DNA of 64,000 nucleotides from a virus (Duplodnaviria; Caudoviricetes): IMG/VR virus record IMGVR_UViG_3300006149_000006, positions 31,584 to 95,583 of that record; one strand, 5' to 3'. Shown piece by piece: positions 39,542 to 47,810 of this stretch (position 1 is its first letter; each line of letters starts with the position of its first letter). The notes under the pieces were generated by a model. It saw only the letters and a program-made list of their open reading frames with translations, ran no database searches and was not told where the DNA came from. The position numbers and the translations under genes were made by a program.

Positions 39542-40606
39542 TTAATCACCATCCCCATAATAACCTTGAGGCAATTCAATAAATTCTTCAATCTTTTTTC
39601 GATTATCTAATCTGGTGTCATCAGTAAAAATGCCATATGGATCGCCATATTGTTTCAAATATTCATTAACCTTTTCATCATAAAATTTATAGACATCCGA
39701 ATATTCAACTTCTGATTTTCCTTCTAACCGGCGACAATAATTGATATAACACCAGATAATAAAATCAGGAGCATCATTAGGTCTATACTTAAATTGCGGC
39801 AGAATTCTTGCAATGTCCTGTTCACGCTCAAATCTTTGAAAAAATTCAGAAAAGCAACTGATGCCTCCTTGTATATCTATGGAATTCAACTGTTTCAGTG
39901 CTTCCGAAGCCAGTTTAGACCACTTTTCTGCATCAGCAATTCCACCAGAACTTGTTGCAATTTCTTCTTTGGCAGCAAACCGAACATATCGAAGCAAAAG
40001 ATTTCTTTGATTGCTTGAAATATTTGGATAGTCCTGTTTGCTATCTTCGTAAATTCGTTGCATGGTTTCATATTCTTTAGAAGTATATCCTTCACCAAAC
40101 AGGCGAATTATATCTTCAGTAACAATAAAATCCTCATCCGATAAATAGTAAACTTTATCAAAATTCATGGATTTACGTCTTGCTGTTTCAATACCGTTTT
40201 CTGAATTTAAACTACCACTAAAGTTACTGTCCTTCCAAGTTTTGCTTCTATGCTGTTGCATAGAAATATTTTTAATATATTTACCAACAATAGCATCCCC
40301 AGGAGCATAGCTTAGTCCTGTGTTTTTCTTTACTTCCAATATTGCTTTATTCCACAGGCTTTGGATAAAAGGTTTATCTAATTGTCGTAAAAGAGATTTG
40401 AAGTTTTCAATATCAAATTCTCCATTCTCATCATTACAAGCAGATCGAATACAATCTTTGCACATAGGGATTCTTCCATCTTTATGCAACATATTATAGC
40501 TCACAAAAAAATCACGACTTAATGACTTTTCTTTTCCACAAGCAGAACAAACCTTTTTTGCAATAGGTTTCTTGGCAGTATTAACACTGCCAGTTTTTCT
40601 TGTCAT
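39542..40606 (-). CDS. Zn-finger protein upstream of TerL (putative terminase small subunit)
   Basis: CSACGK...F.S....P.CKDC, L..LDKPF..LW, FGEGY motifs; abuts TerL. Confidence 0.6.
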   Translation of the reverse strand: MTRKTGSVNTAKKPIAKKVCSACGKEKSLSRDFFVSYNMLHKDGRIPMCKDCIRSACNDENGEFDIENFKSLLRQLDKPFIQSLWNKAILEVKKNTGLSYAPGDAIVGKYIKNISMQQHRSKTWKDSNFSGSLNSENGIETARRKSMNFDKVYYLSDEDFIVTEDIIRLFGEGYTSKEYETMQRIYEDSKQDYPNISSNQRNLLLRYVRFAAKEEIATSSGGIADAEKWSKLASEALKQLNSIDIQGGISCFSEFFQRFEREQDIARILPQFKYRPNDAPDFIIWCYINYCRRLEGKSEVEYSDVYKFYDEKVNEYLKQYGDPYGIFTDDTRLDNRKKIEEFIELPQGYYGDGD

Positions 40607-40658
40607 ACTGCCACCTCTCTCATAATAAAATAGACCAGTCATAAGCTGGCCTTACATC

Positions 40659-40772
40659 TCAAAATCCAAGTCGTTTACATATTTCATCTGCTGTCATACC
40701 AGAATCGAATGCTTTTATCAAAATCAATTCGACTTGTTCATTATATTCTTTTGATCCGATTTCAACACTCAT
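40659..40772 (-). CDS. Small hypothetical protein (37 aa)
   Basis: MSVEIGSKEYNEQVELILIKAFDSGMTADEICKRLGF with AAGGGA RBS. Confidence 0.4.
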   Translation of the reverse strand: MSVEIGSKEYNEQVELILIKAFDSGMTADEICKRLGF

Positions 40773-40812
40773 TATATCATTCCCTTCATATATATTATAG
40801 GTAAAACCTATT

Positions 40813-40887
40813 TGCTCTGAGTATTCAGATTTGAACTGAAATCTACATGATCCTAAATCATGTGCTCTACCGTTAAGCTACACCCAA
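40813..40887 (-). tRNA. Degenerate tRNA with Pro-like body but TAG anticodon
   Basis: TAGCTTAACGGTAGAGC D arm; CATGA-TTTAGGA-TCATG anticodon arm; TTCAG-TTCAAAT-CTGAA T arm; short variable loop; 3' GCA rather than CCA. Confidence 0.65.
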
Positions 40888-40898
40888 ATAAAATATAG

Positions 40899-41036
40899 CG
40901 CAGGAAGTTGGACTTGAACCAACGCCAATCTACTACTATGCCAACAGTTGGCTATTCCATCAGCACTAATAATAAACATATCGCCAATGTAACCAACGGA
41001 CAATACCGCTGTGCTCTGCCACTGAGCTATTCCTGC
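40899..41036 (-). ncRNA. tRNA-like RNA with a ~90-nt hairpin in place of the anticodon arm
   Basis: Perfect acceptor GCAGGAA/TTCCTGC, D arm GCTC-AGTGGCA-GAGC, T arm GTTGG-TTCAAGT-CCAAC. Confidence 0.7.
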
Positions 41037-41042
41037 ATATTG

Positions 41043-41125
41043 GGGTTCCGCTGACCGGGATCGAACCGGTATGCCGAAGCAAATGCTTCTTAGACCTTTA
41101 TGTCTGATAATTTCACCACAACGTT
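41043..41125 (-). tRNA. Degenerate tRNA-Leu (AAG-like)
   Basis: GTGGTGAAATT..CAGAC D region, variable hairpin TGC-TTCG-GCA, T arm ACCGG-TTCGATC-CCGGT; mismatched acceptor and anticodon stems. Confidence 0.55.
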
Positions 41126-41198
41126 AAATCCTAAACAAAAAAGACTATTATAGAGAAAATCTTGCTCTACATAGTCTTACAAAATATATTTCGCAAAG

Positions 41199-41363
41199 TC
41201 AGGTAAGATCAGCATTTGTAAAACCATTAAAAATGATTCCACCCGTTTCTTCTCTACATTCTATATTCGAGTCATAAAGTGCCTGATCAAGAATCTCGGC
41301 AATCGTTTCAGGAGACATTTCATGCAATCGCTTCAACGTTTCTTCTTTGTCTAGCATAGTCAT
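41199..41363 (-). CDS. Small hypothetical protein (54 aa)
   Basis: Hand translation MTMLDKEETLKRLHEMSPETIAEILDQALYDS...; AGGTG RBS. Confidence 0.5.
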   Translation of the reverse strand: MTMLDKEETLKRLHEMSPETIAEILDQALYDSNIECREETGGIIFNGFTNADLT

Positions 41364-41466
41364 CACCTAAATCTTCTTTACAAATTTAATAATCTAAAAT
41401 ATATAATATAACACATAAATTTATTCACAAACCATTATGGTAATAGTTGCTACGATATTATTCAGA

Positions 41467-41820
41467 TTAACTTCTCAGTAATGCATCCTGTACAGAATTT
41501 GACAACATAGAATTAGATAAAACATCTTTTTTTTGCTTTATAAAACTGTTTGCTAATCGCACTATACAATCACATGGTGCAACATACTCGCTGCTATTCC
41601 ACTGGATTTTTCCATCATCAGTTATGTCACACACTACAAATCTATACTTGCTGATACCTACTTTCAAAGCTAAATCAACTATGACCTTACGTTCAATTCT
41701 ATTTTTAGTGCAAATCAAAATATTGGATAAGCATTTGCGCACAGAGGTCTCGTAATCAAGAATTGTAACAATGCCAATGTAATTCTTATCTGTAATTTGA
41801 TTGTAAACAGCTTCATTCAT
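41467..41820 (-). CDS. RnlB-like antitoxin
   Basis: YIGIV..LDYE...KVIVDLAL..G.SKYRF pattern; directly downstream of the RnlA-like gene. Confidence 0.65.
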   Translation of the reverse strand: MNEAVYNQITDKNYIGIVTILDYETSVRKCLSNILICTKNRIERKVIVDLALKVGISKYRFVVCDITDDGKIQWNSSEYVAPCDCIVRLANSFIKQKKDVLSNSMLSNSVQDALLRS

Positions 41821-41847
41821 TACGACACCTCCTTTCAATTAAATCAT

Positions 41848-43356
41848 TTATTTAAACAAAGTATAGTATTGATCAACAAGATTGAGACCATCAGCTAAAA
41901 TACCTCTGGCAGTATCGATATCTATAATGACTGCAGTATCGATATCACTAACCGACCAATGCGAGTATGGATGTCGAACACTATTATACTTAGTATAAAG
42001 TGTATTCAAATAATTTAGTTGTTGGTTGGATAGCAGGTTTGCTTCATGACAATTACATTCGTATAATCCCACATTGTTTTTGGAAAAAAACGAAAATCTA
42101 TTAGTTCCTTTGTCAGTTTCTGTATCTAAACCCATTTTATCTCCAAGTATCCTATGTAAATAGTATTCATATGCTCTAAATATCGGAGTTACCAAACACG
42201 TATAATCTGGCATATAACCTGTCAACATAGTATTATAAACCGCTGATAAAAGATTCGCATAATGTTTTTGGGATTCATGGATATAATGTGGCAACTTTTG
42301 CTCAAAACATATTTCTACTTCCTCTGCTTTAAGAGTCAGCGCATGATAGTTGTTTAGAGTTTCGATTACCGCCTGTTTATTTCCTAATAATTCGATTGCG
42401 GTTGCAATAATCTTCTGGAATAATGCAGTTTGTCTTCCTTGTACATAAGATTTCGAGTTGTTGTAACAATTAATAACAACTGTATTTTTAGATTGTTTAA
42501 CCTTGATCTTTTCTCGTATACCTATTGTCTCTTTGCTAAGAACGAGAGGAAAAATCGTTTCTTCTACCAATCCGGTGTTTTCGTCATTGATACATTGAAT
42601 AATTGTTTCCCAATCTTGTGCATTATAACCCACAAAATAAACAGAACCATCATTAAATGTTTTATATCCTTTTGCCAATAGCGCATTTTTAGCAATCGCA
42701 TCGGCCTCTTCATTTAATTTAACGCCAGAATGCGCGGGAACTTTTATGAAGCCAATTTGCAAAAAATTTCTTTTTTCCTGAATAAAGCGCACATATTCTT
42801 TAGTTATTGTCTTCTTAGCTTTCCATTGACCAGTTGCCCATTTTTCTATACCTTCATAATCATAATAGACCGAAATGCTAGTCTTATTATATTGGACAGC
42901 CCAATTAATTGCTTCTTTAACTCCTTCCAATTCGGCAGCAACATTTCTAAGTGATATAAAGTCCTCACCTAATTGTTTTGTAAAGGACTTATACAAAACA
43001 TCTCTGTTTCCACCATAACTGAGTATAATCGCACCAAACGCAGATTTTTCTCCAGTCACATCATAACTTCCATCAACAAAGGCTATAATCTCATTTTCGC
43101 AGAGATCAGCTATACGTTTCTCCACTTGGCTATTAAAATCACTAGATGAAAACACCTCAACACTTTCTTCTACAACTTCTTCATCTGTCTCATTGATATA
43201 TTGTTCTGCTTCTTCTAATGAAGGAAACGATTTATATGATGCGCCAGAAACGCCATCCACTTGCGCCTTACATTCTTCCCAAGTATTATATATTCCAGAG
43301 ACTTTTCCTGCTCGAACAGCATAATATTTCTTTTTAGCCACAATACTCACCTTCAA
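41848..43356 (-). CDS. RNase H1 hybrid-binding + RNase HI + RnlA (RNase LS, HEPN) fusion toxin
   Basis: KYYAVRAG..GIY.TWEEC hybrid-binding domain; FVDGSY, RNVAAE, YYDY, KVPAHSG..NEEAD RNase H; DYTCL...FRAYE and VRHPYSH (HEPN R-x4-H). Confidence 0.8.
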   Translation of the reverse strand: MKVSIVAKKKYYAVRAGKVSGIYNTWEECKAQVDGVSGASYKSFPSLEEAEQYINETDEEVVEESVEVFSSSDFNSQVEKRIADLCENEIIAFVDGSYDVTGEKSAFGAIILSYGGNRDVLYKSFTKQLGEDFISLRNVAAELEGVKEAINWAVQYNKTSISVYYDYEGIEKWATGQWKAKKTITKEYVRFIQEKRNFLQIGFIKVPAHSGVKLNEEADAIAKNALLAKGYKTFNDGSVYFVGYNAQDWETIIQCINDENTGLVEETIFPLVLSKETIGIREKIKVKQSKNTVVINCYNNSKSYVQGRQTALFQKIIATAIELLGNKQAVIETLNNYHALTLKAEEVEICFEQKLPHYIHESQKHYANLLSAVYNTMLTGYMPDYTCLVTPIFRAYEYYLHRILGDKMGLDTETDKGTNRFSFFSKNNVGLYECNCHEANLLSNQQLNYLNTLYTKYNSVRHPYSHWSVSDIDTAVIIDIDTARGILADGLNLVDQYYTLFK

Positions 43357-43431
43357 GTTTCATACATTATTTTTTTAATCCAAAACAACAATATTTTGTT
43401 TGCACATAACATCAACTACTTGATTTATATA

Positions 43432-43460
43432 ATTATATCACATATAATTTTGTTTGTCAA
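43432..43460 (-). promoter_or_regulatory. Consensus SigA promoter for the RnlAB-like operon
   Basis: TTGACA-N17-TATAAT with extended TG. Confidence 0.85.
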
Positions 43461-43467
43461 TCAACCA

Positions 43468-43542
43468 TGGCAGATGTAGTAGGAATCAAACCTACGATCA
43501 TGTATCCAAAGCTCACAGTCCTTATCGCTTGGCTATACCTCT
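43468..43542 (-). tRNA. Degenerate tRNA-Gln(TTG)
   Basis: TAGCCAAGCGATAAGG D arm, CT-TTG-GA loop, GTAGG-TTTGATT-CCTAC T arm, 3' GCCA; several mismatches. Confidence 0.65.
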
Positions 43543-44297
43543 ATAAAATTTTCTTGCATTTATATCAAATTTGTGATATTATATTTATAGTCAAATCACG
43601 TAGTAGGAGGTAATAAAATGAATAACATTGGGAGAAAGCTAAAAAATTTGACAAATAATGCTACATTTGCGGCTATTATAGGCGCTACTGCTGGATTTGT
43701 ATTAGGGATGTTTACTAAGTCATACCAACTTCACGATGCTGTTACATATAATAATATTTCATCCTACATCGAAAGTTTAATGGTTTCATCTGGACTTATT
43801 AGCGAGGAAATCTTATCGTTAGAAACACCTTTCGATCAATTATCTATGATCGCTAATAACATGACGCATGAACAAACAAACTATAACAATATATTAGATG
43901 GATTGCGAAAATATCTAATCTCCATTGGAAAGAATGAATCATTAATAGAAACATATACTACTGATGAACTGCTAGATATGTTATCACAAACTTCCGTATC
44001 TGTTTCTGCAACAGAAACAGAAAATGAACATCTGATAGCAGAATTAAAGGAATTAAAAAAACAAACAACCGCAATATTATTTAGTCCTAAATTGAAGATT
44101 TTAGGTGAAAGCATTGACTCAACAATGAAAAATCATATAGCGATTATTGATGGACACATATATTACTCAGAAAATTTGTTAAATACATTTCTTCCAGAAT
44201 CTATAATGTATAAAGACGAAGTTATTCTGTATGGACAAGCTACACCTGAAAAAGTTAATGTAATTGATTTAGGGCGTGTTGAATAATGGATTTTTAT

Positions 44298-44705
44298 TCA
44301 CATCAGCCAAATTAATATGCAGGCCAGATGGACAAATGCCAGGAAGCGAGTAGCCAATTTCTCATAACGTGTGGCAATCCGCCTATAGGTTTTGATTTTC
44401 TGAAAGAAACATTCTACGCGACTGCGTTCCTTATATTGCCACCAGTCAACCTCCCAAGGATCCTTTGCGTTGGACTTAGGGGGAATACAATAAGATGCCC
44501 CTGATGCCTCAATTTTCATGCGAAGTTCTGCCGCACCATAGGCCTTATCTGCCATGACAATTGAACCTTTTGGATCGATCTGATCCAGAAGATCATAAGC
44601 CACCGAGATATCACTAACCTGCCCGCCAGAAAGCTGAACATATAGGGGATTGCCCAATCCATCTACAATCGCATGGATTTTTGTGTTACGTCCACCTCGA
44701 GTCAT
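44298..44705 (-). CDS. IS5 transposase OrfB (DDE), in the -1 frame relative to OrfA
   Basis: TKIHAIVDGLG, ADKAY, YKERSRVE..F.K.K..RRIATRYEK motifs. Confidence 0.9.
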   Translation of the reverse strand: MTRGGRNTKIHAIVDGLGNPLYVQLSGGQVSDISVAYDLLDQIDPKGSIVMADKAYGAAELRMKIEASGASYCIPPKSNAKDPWEVDWWQYKERSRVECFFQKIKTYRRIATRYEKLATRFLAFVHLACILIWLM

Positions 44706-44719
44706 CCCGATATGCTCGT

Positions 44720-45085
44720 TTACGGCTGTATTGGGCCCCCTTTTTTCGCACCAGCGCTGTGCTGATGCGCTTTACAGCAGGAACTATCTATACTGACGTC
44801 CTGCATATCAGCGTTTTCCGAAAGTTTTTTGAAAAGCGTCTCAAAAACTCCCGTAGATTCCCATTTGCTATAATTTTTGTAGACAGCGTTCCATTCACCA
44901 TAAATGGCGGGCAGATCTCTCCATGGTGCTCCTGTGCGAAGAATCCATAAAATCCCATTCACTGTTTGACGCACATCGTTGAATGGCCGCCCCTTTTTGC
45001 TACCCGTAAAATAGGAACTTATACGCTCCCACTGTTCATCTGTCAAGTCTCCTCGCTGGATAACCGGTACATCGTGTCGCTGCAT
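44720..45085 (-). CDS. IS5 transposase OrfA (DUF4096)
   Basis: LTDEQW...GRP...LRTGAPWRDLP motifs; ends just after an A AAA AAG slippery site. Confidence 0.9.
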   Translation of the reverse strand: MQRHDVPVIQRGDLTDEQWERISSYFTGSKKGRPFNDVRQTVNGILWILRTGAPWRDLPAIYGEWNAVYKNYSKWESTGVFETLFKKLSENADMQDVSIDSSCCKAHQHSAGAKKGGPIQP

Positions 45086-45687
45086 CCTAATTTTCCTCCT
45101 GCTGTTGTTACTCTATACCATTTTATAACAACTTTATGCATTATTCAACACGCCCTAGGACTATTATATGACAATTCAAATTATAAAATTTATGATGGCA
45201 GCTCACATTTTACGATGAGCCATCAAGATTATTTCAACGGAATTGTACTCAAAAGTGCTGCTGCCGGATCTGTTAGTATAGCCTGCAACGAAAATTATTC
45301 AGAACTTTCTCTTATTCCTGGTCATATAGATAATACACCATCAGGTAACAGAACTCTAAAAATTTCCTATAGAAATTCAAATGGAATATTTATAGAAGGT
45401 AAATCAGTAGATCTTTATGCTGAGATGCCAATAGATCCAATTTCTGTTCCTATATATAATACAAAAACCGTAAAAATCGAAATAACAGGTGTACCAATAG
45501 GCGGTGAACCCATATATGGACTTGCAAATATTTACTTAATTAAATAAATAAGAACGCCAGAAGTCAATACCAAATTAAAGTTTCTCACACCTCGCCTTAC
45601 AACGGGGTGTGAGCGAAATGCTGATAGAACCCGGTGATCCTGTTATTCCAATCCAAAAGTCTTAATCTACAATAATATCACTGACAT

Positions 45688-45774
45688 TGGTACTAGTGAT
45701 GGGATTCGATCCCACACTACACTACTGTCGGCAGATTTTGAATCTGCTGTGTCTACCAATTCCGCCACACCAGC
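45688..45774 (-). tRNA. tRNA-Leu(CAA)
   Basis: GCTGGTG..GGCGGAATTGGTAGAC, GCAGA-TTCAAAA-TCTGC, long variable arm, 3' ACCA. Confidence 0.85.
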
Positions 45775-45778
45775 ATAT

Positions 45779-45873
45779 GAGGGGTACTACCGCACTTATG
45801 TAGTTCATATTTGTAATCACGAGAAGTCCATTTGATTCCTCTCATCCCATTACCTTTGTGGGTTACATCCCCT
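45779..45873 (-). ncRNA. Putative structured RNA between tRNA-Met and tRNA-Leu
   Basis: Five nested helices: AGGGG/CCCCT, TGTAA/TTACA, CCCA/TGGG, ATGAGAG/TTCTCGT, ACTAC/GTAGT. Confidence 0.45.
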
Positions 45874-45876
45874 TTG

Positions 45877-45947
45877 TGGTTGCGGGTATCAGATTTGAAC
45901 TGATGTCTACGGCTTATGAGCCGTTAAACATACTCCTCCAATCCGCA
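45877..45947 (-). tRNA. Degenerate tRNA-Met(CAT)
   Basis: GGCTCATAAGCC anticodon arm, ATCAG-TTCAAAT-CTGAT T arm, 3' ACCA; eroded D arm. Confidence 0.65.
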
Positions 45948-45990
45948 ATATATAAGCGCGAAAAGACTATTTACCCTTCCACGCCGTGAT

Positions 45991-46263
45991 TTATTTTACG
46001 CATTCTGTAAGCGCAGTACCGGGACGAATCTTCACATATTGTCGTTCCGGGATGATTTTTGCATCCTTTTTCCCAAAAGTATGTCCAATATATTCCTTCT
46101 TTGTTTTATGCTCAATACGCATAAATCCATGCAACAAAACAGAATCTCCACCGCGCAATGAATCCATAATAGCAGATTCATATGCATCGACAAATATAGC
46201 TATATCCTTCTTCATCTTACCTGTTCTGCTTGCAATGTCATTAATCAATTCCTTTCTATTCAT
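45991..46263 (-). CDS. HU-family DNA-binding protein
   Basis: MNRKELI..IA...GDSV.L.GF...K..PG..L motifs. Confidence 0.85.
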   Translation of the reverse strand: MNRKELINDIASRTGKMKKDIAIFVDAYESAIMDSLRGGDSVLLHGFMRIEHKTKKEYIGHTFGKKDAKIIPERQYVKIRPGTALTECVK

Positions 46264-46328
46264 TGTATACCTCATTCCTTTATGTATTAAATTTAATATT
46301 GAGACGAGTAGCTGTTAATGAAACTTCT

Positions 46329-47123
46329 TCACTTATTTCTTACAAACAAGTTCACAAAATATTGCTGCCCTTTACCGGTTACATATGTAGTTCTGGATGT
46401 GAAAGTATCACCATTCGGAGTTGTAACAACATCTTCTTTTACTTCAAATAGACCCATTTCCATTGCACGTTGCGTCGGCATATTGTAGCTGCTTCCACGA
46501 CATTTAATCAAATATCCTTCATTTCTCAGATGATCAAATAACCGATTTTGTCCCGTCTTAATGCCATTCTGTACCAGGATTTTTGCCATATCTCTCATTA
46601 AGATAGAATTTTTTGACACAGATACTGAGTCCGCAAACAGGGCTTTGGGTTTCATAATAGAGATGGTTTCTTGTTGTTGTTTGTTTTCGGCTTCTAAAAC
46701 TGAAATCCGCTGATTTCGCTCCTCAATTTTATTCTGTGCAATCACCAATGCTCTTGCCATCAATTCCTCGTCAGTCATACATTCCTGCCCCGCAATGTAA
46801 CCACCATTCCGCCTGATAGAGGGAAGTACCTCGGAAGTTACCCAGCGGCGGAACTTCTTCGCGCCGGGAAGTTTGCTGGACAGCACCAGAGAATACAGGC
46901 CGGATTCGTTAATGATGGGCGTTTTTTGCATCCTTCCGATGGAGTCCTGAATCGGGACTTCATCTTTGTCTTCGTCATCCACATGGTCTTGAATTGCTTT
47001 TGTCGATCTTTCGTATCCAAGTGCTGCCGCAACATCTTTTCCGACCATCCACGGCTCACCATTCAATTCAACTGTCCGAATCTCACCAAATTCTTCATTT
47101 TTAAAAATTTGAATATTGTTCAA
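46329..47123 (-). CDS. Phage antirepressor (BRO-N + ANT/KilAC)
   Basis: FGEIRTV..EPW.VGKDVA, INESGLYSL, WVTSEVLPSIR; GQNRLF..LR, TYVTGKGQ. Confidence 0.92.
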   Translation of the reverse strand: MNNIQIFKNEEFGEIRTVELNGEPWMVGKDVAAALGYERSTKAIQDHVDDEDKDEVPIQDSIGRMQKTPIINESGLYSLVLSSKLPGAKKFRRWVTSEVLPSIRRNGGYIAGQECMTDEELMARALVIAQNKIEERNQRISVLEAENKQQQETISIMKPKALFADSVSVSKNSILMRDMAKILVQNGIKTGQNRLFDHLRNEGYLIKCRGSSYNMPTQRAMEMGLFEVKEDVVTTPNGDTFTSRTTYVTGKGQQYFVNLFVRNK

Positions 47124-47224
47124 TTAATATGTCTCCTTTACAAATCAATTTCAGGAGAAGTGGCGGGAGCATACCCCGCCATGCGTCGCATCTCTCTATC
47201 TGATTAAATCAACGACTTATGTCA

Positions 47225-47419
47225 TCAATCATTGCCAGCGTCTTCAGCTGTTTCAACTGCATAATCTTCGCAAGTATCCATGGTCAGTTCAATGCCAAGG
47301 TCTTTCTTCGCTGTTTCATGAAATTTCATAAGGGCCTTCAGCTTATCACATACAACGACATGACCACAAGTATCACACATAAAATTATTAATCATTTCAT
47401 CATATCCTTTCGTATTCAA
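47225..47419 (-). CDS. Small Cys-rich protein
   Basis: CDTC.H..VC...C. Confidence 0.55.
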   Translation of the reverse strand: MNTKGYDEMINNFMCDTCGHVVVCDKLKALMKFHETAKKDLGIELTMDTCEDYAVETAEDAGND

Positions 47420-47428
47420 TTAGTTTTA

Positions 47429-47644
47429 TCAATATCGATTTCTACGTTTGTGACGGCTACTGTCAATCTTACGACAAATTCTTGCCGCTGAACAATTTGA
47501 ATCCATAATCAGCCGCAAATACCTCTCCATCTCTGGAAGATAATAATGGTGTCGCTTACTCTTCTGGACGCAAGTTCTGGTGATTTCCGCTCTAGGGAAC
47601 ACTTCTCGAACACGTTCAGCTTCTTGCTTTGTAATAATAATCAA
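47429..47644 (-). CDS. Small basic protein, first gene downstream of the RNAP
   Basis: IITKQEA..R...SKRHHYY..E. Confidence 0.6.
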   Translation of the reverse strand: MIIITKQEAERVREVFPRAEITRTCVQKSKRHHYYLPEMERYLRLIMDSNCSAARICRKIDSSRHKRRNRY

Positions 47645-47810
47645 ATCATCTCAGTCCCTTACAATATATTTGAGAACAGAAAAGAAGCCCCCTAATTGGC
47701 AGATTTCTTTCTATCCCTTCTGCACACTTAGCGAATCATGAAAAGTGCCCAAATCGGGGATACTTCTTCATGAACAAAAATCTATCTTGCGACTTTAAAC
47801 TCGCAAAACA

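Larger units (their letters stand above)
44272..45155 (-). mobile_element. IS5-family insertion sequence (884 bp)
   Basis: Perfect 17-bp IRs GGGCGTGTTGAATAATG / CATTATTCAACACGCCC; TA target duplication. Confidence 0.95.
43618..45547 (+). pseudogene. Membrane-anchored/exported protein gene interrupted by an IS5-family element
   Basis: Removing the IS and one TA restores an in-frame join ...VNVIDL|GLLYDNSNYK...; N-terminal TM, C-terminal beta-sandwich-like domain; own promoter at 43554-43582. Confidence 0.8.

Noticed and set aside
40899..41036. tmRNA or self-splicing intron-containing tRNA
   Set aside because: Insert is only ~90 nt, the acceptor lacks Ala G3-U70 identity, and there is no group I/II core
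44966..45155. N-terminal part of the 193-aa plus-strand ORF
   Set aside because: It is read-through from IS sequence; only the part after 45157 belongs to the interrupted gene
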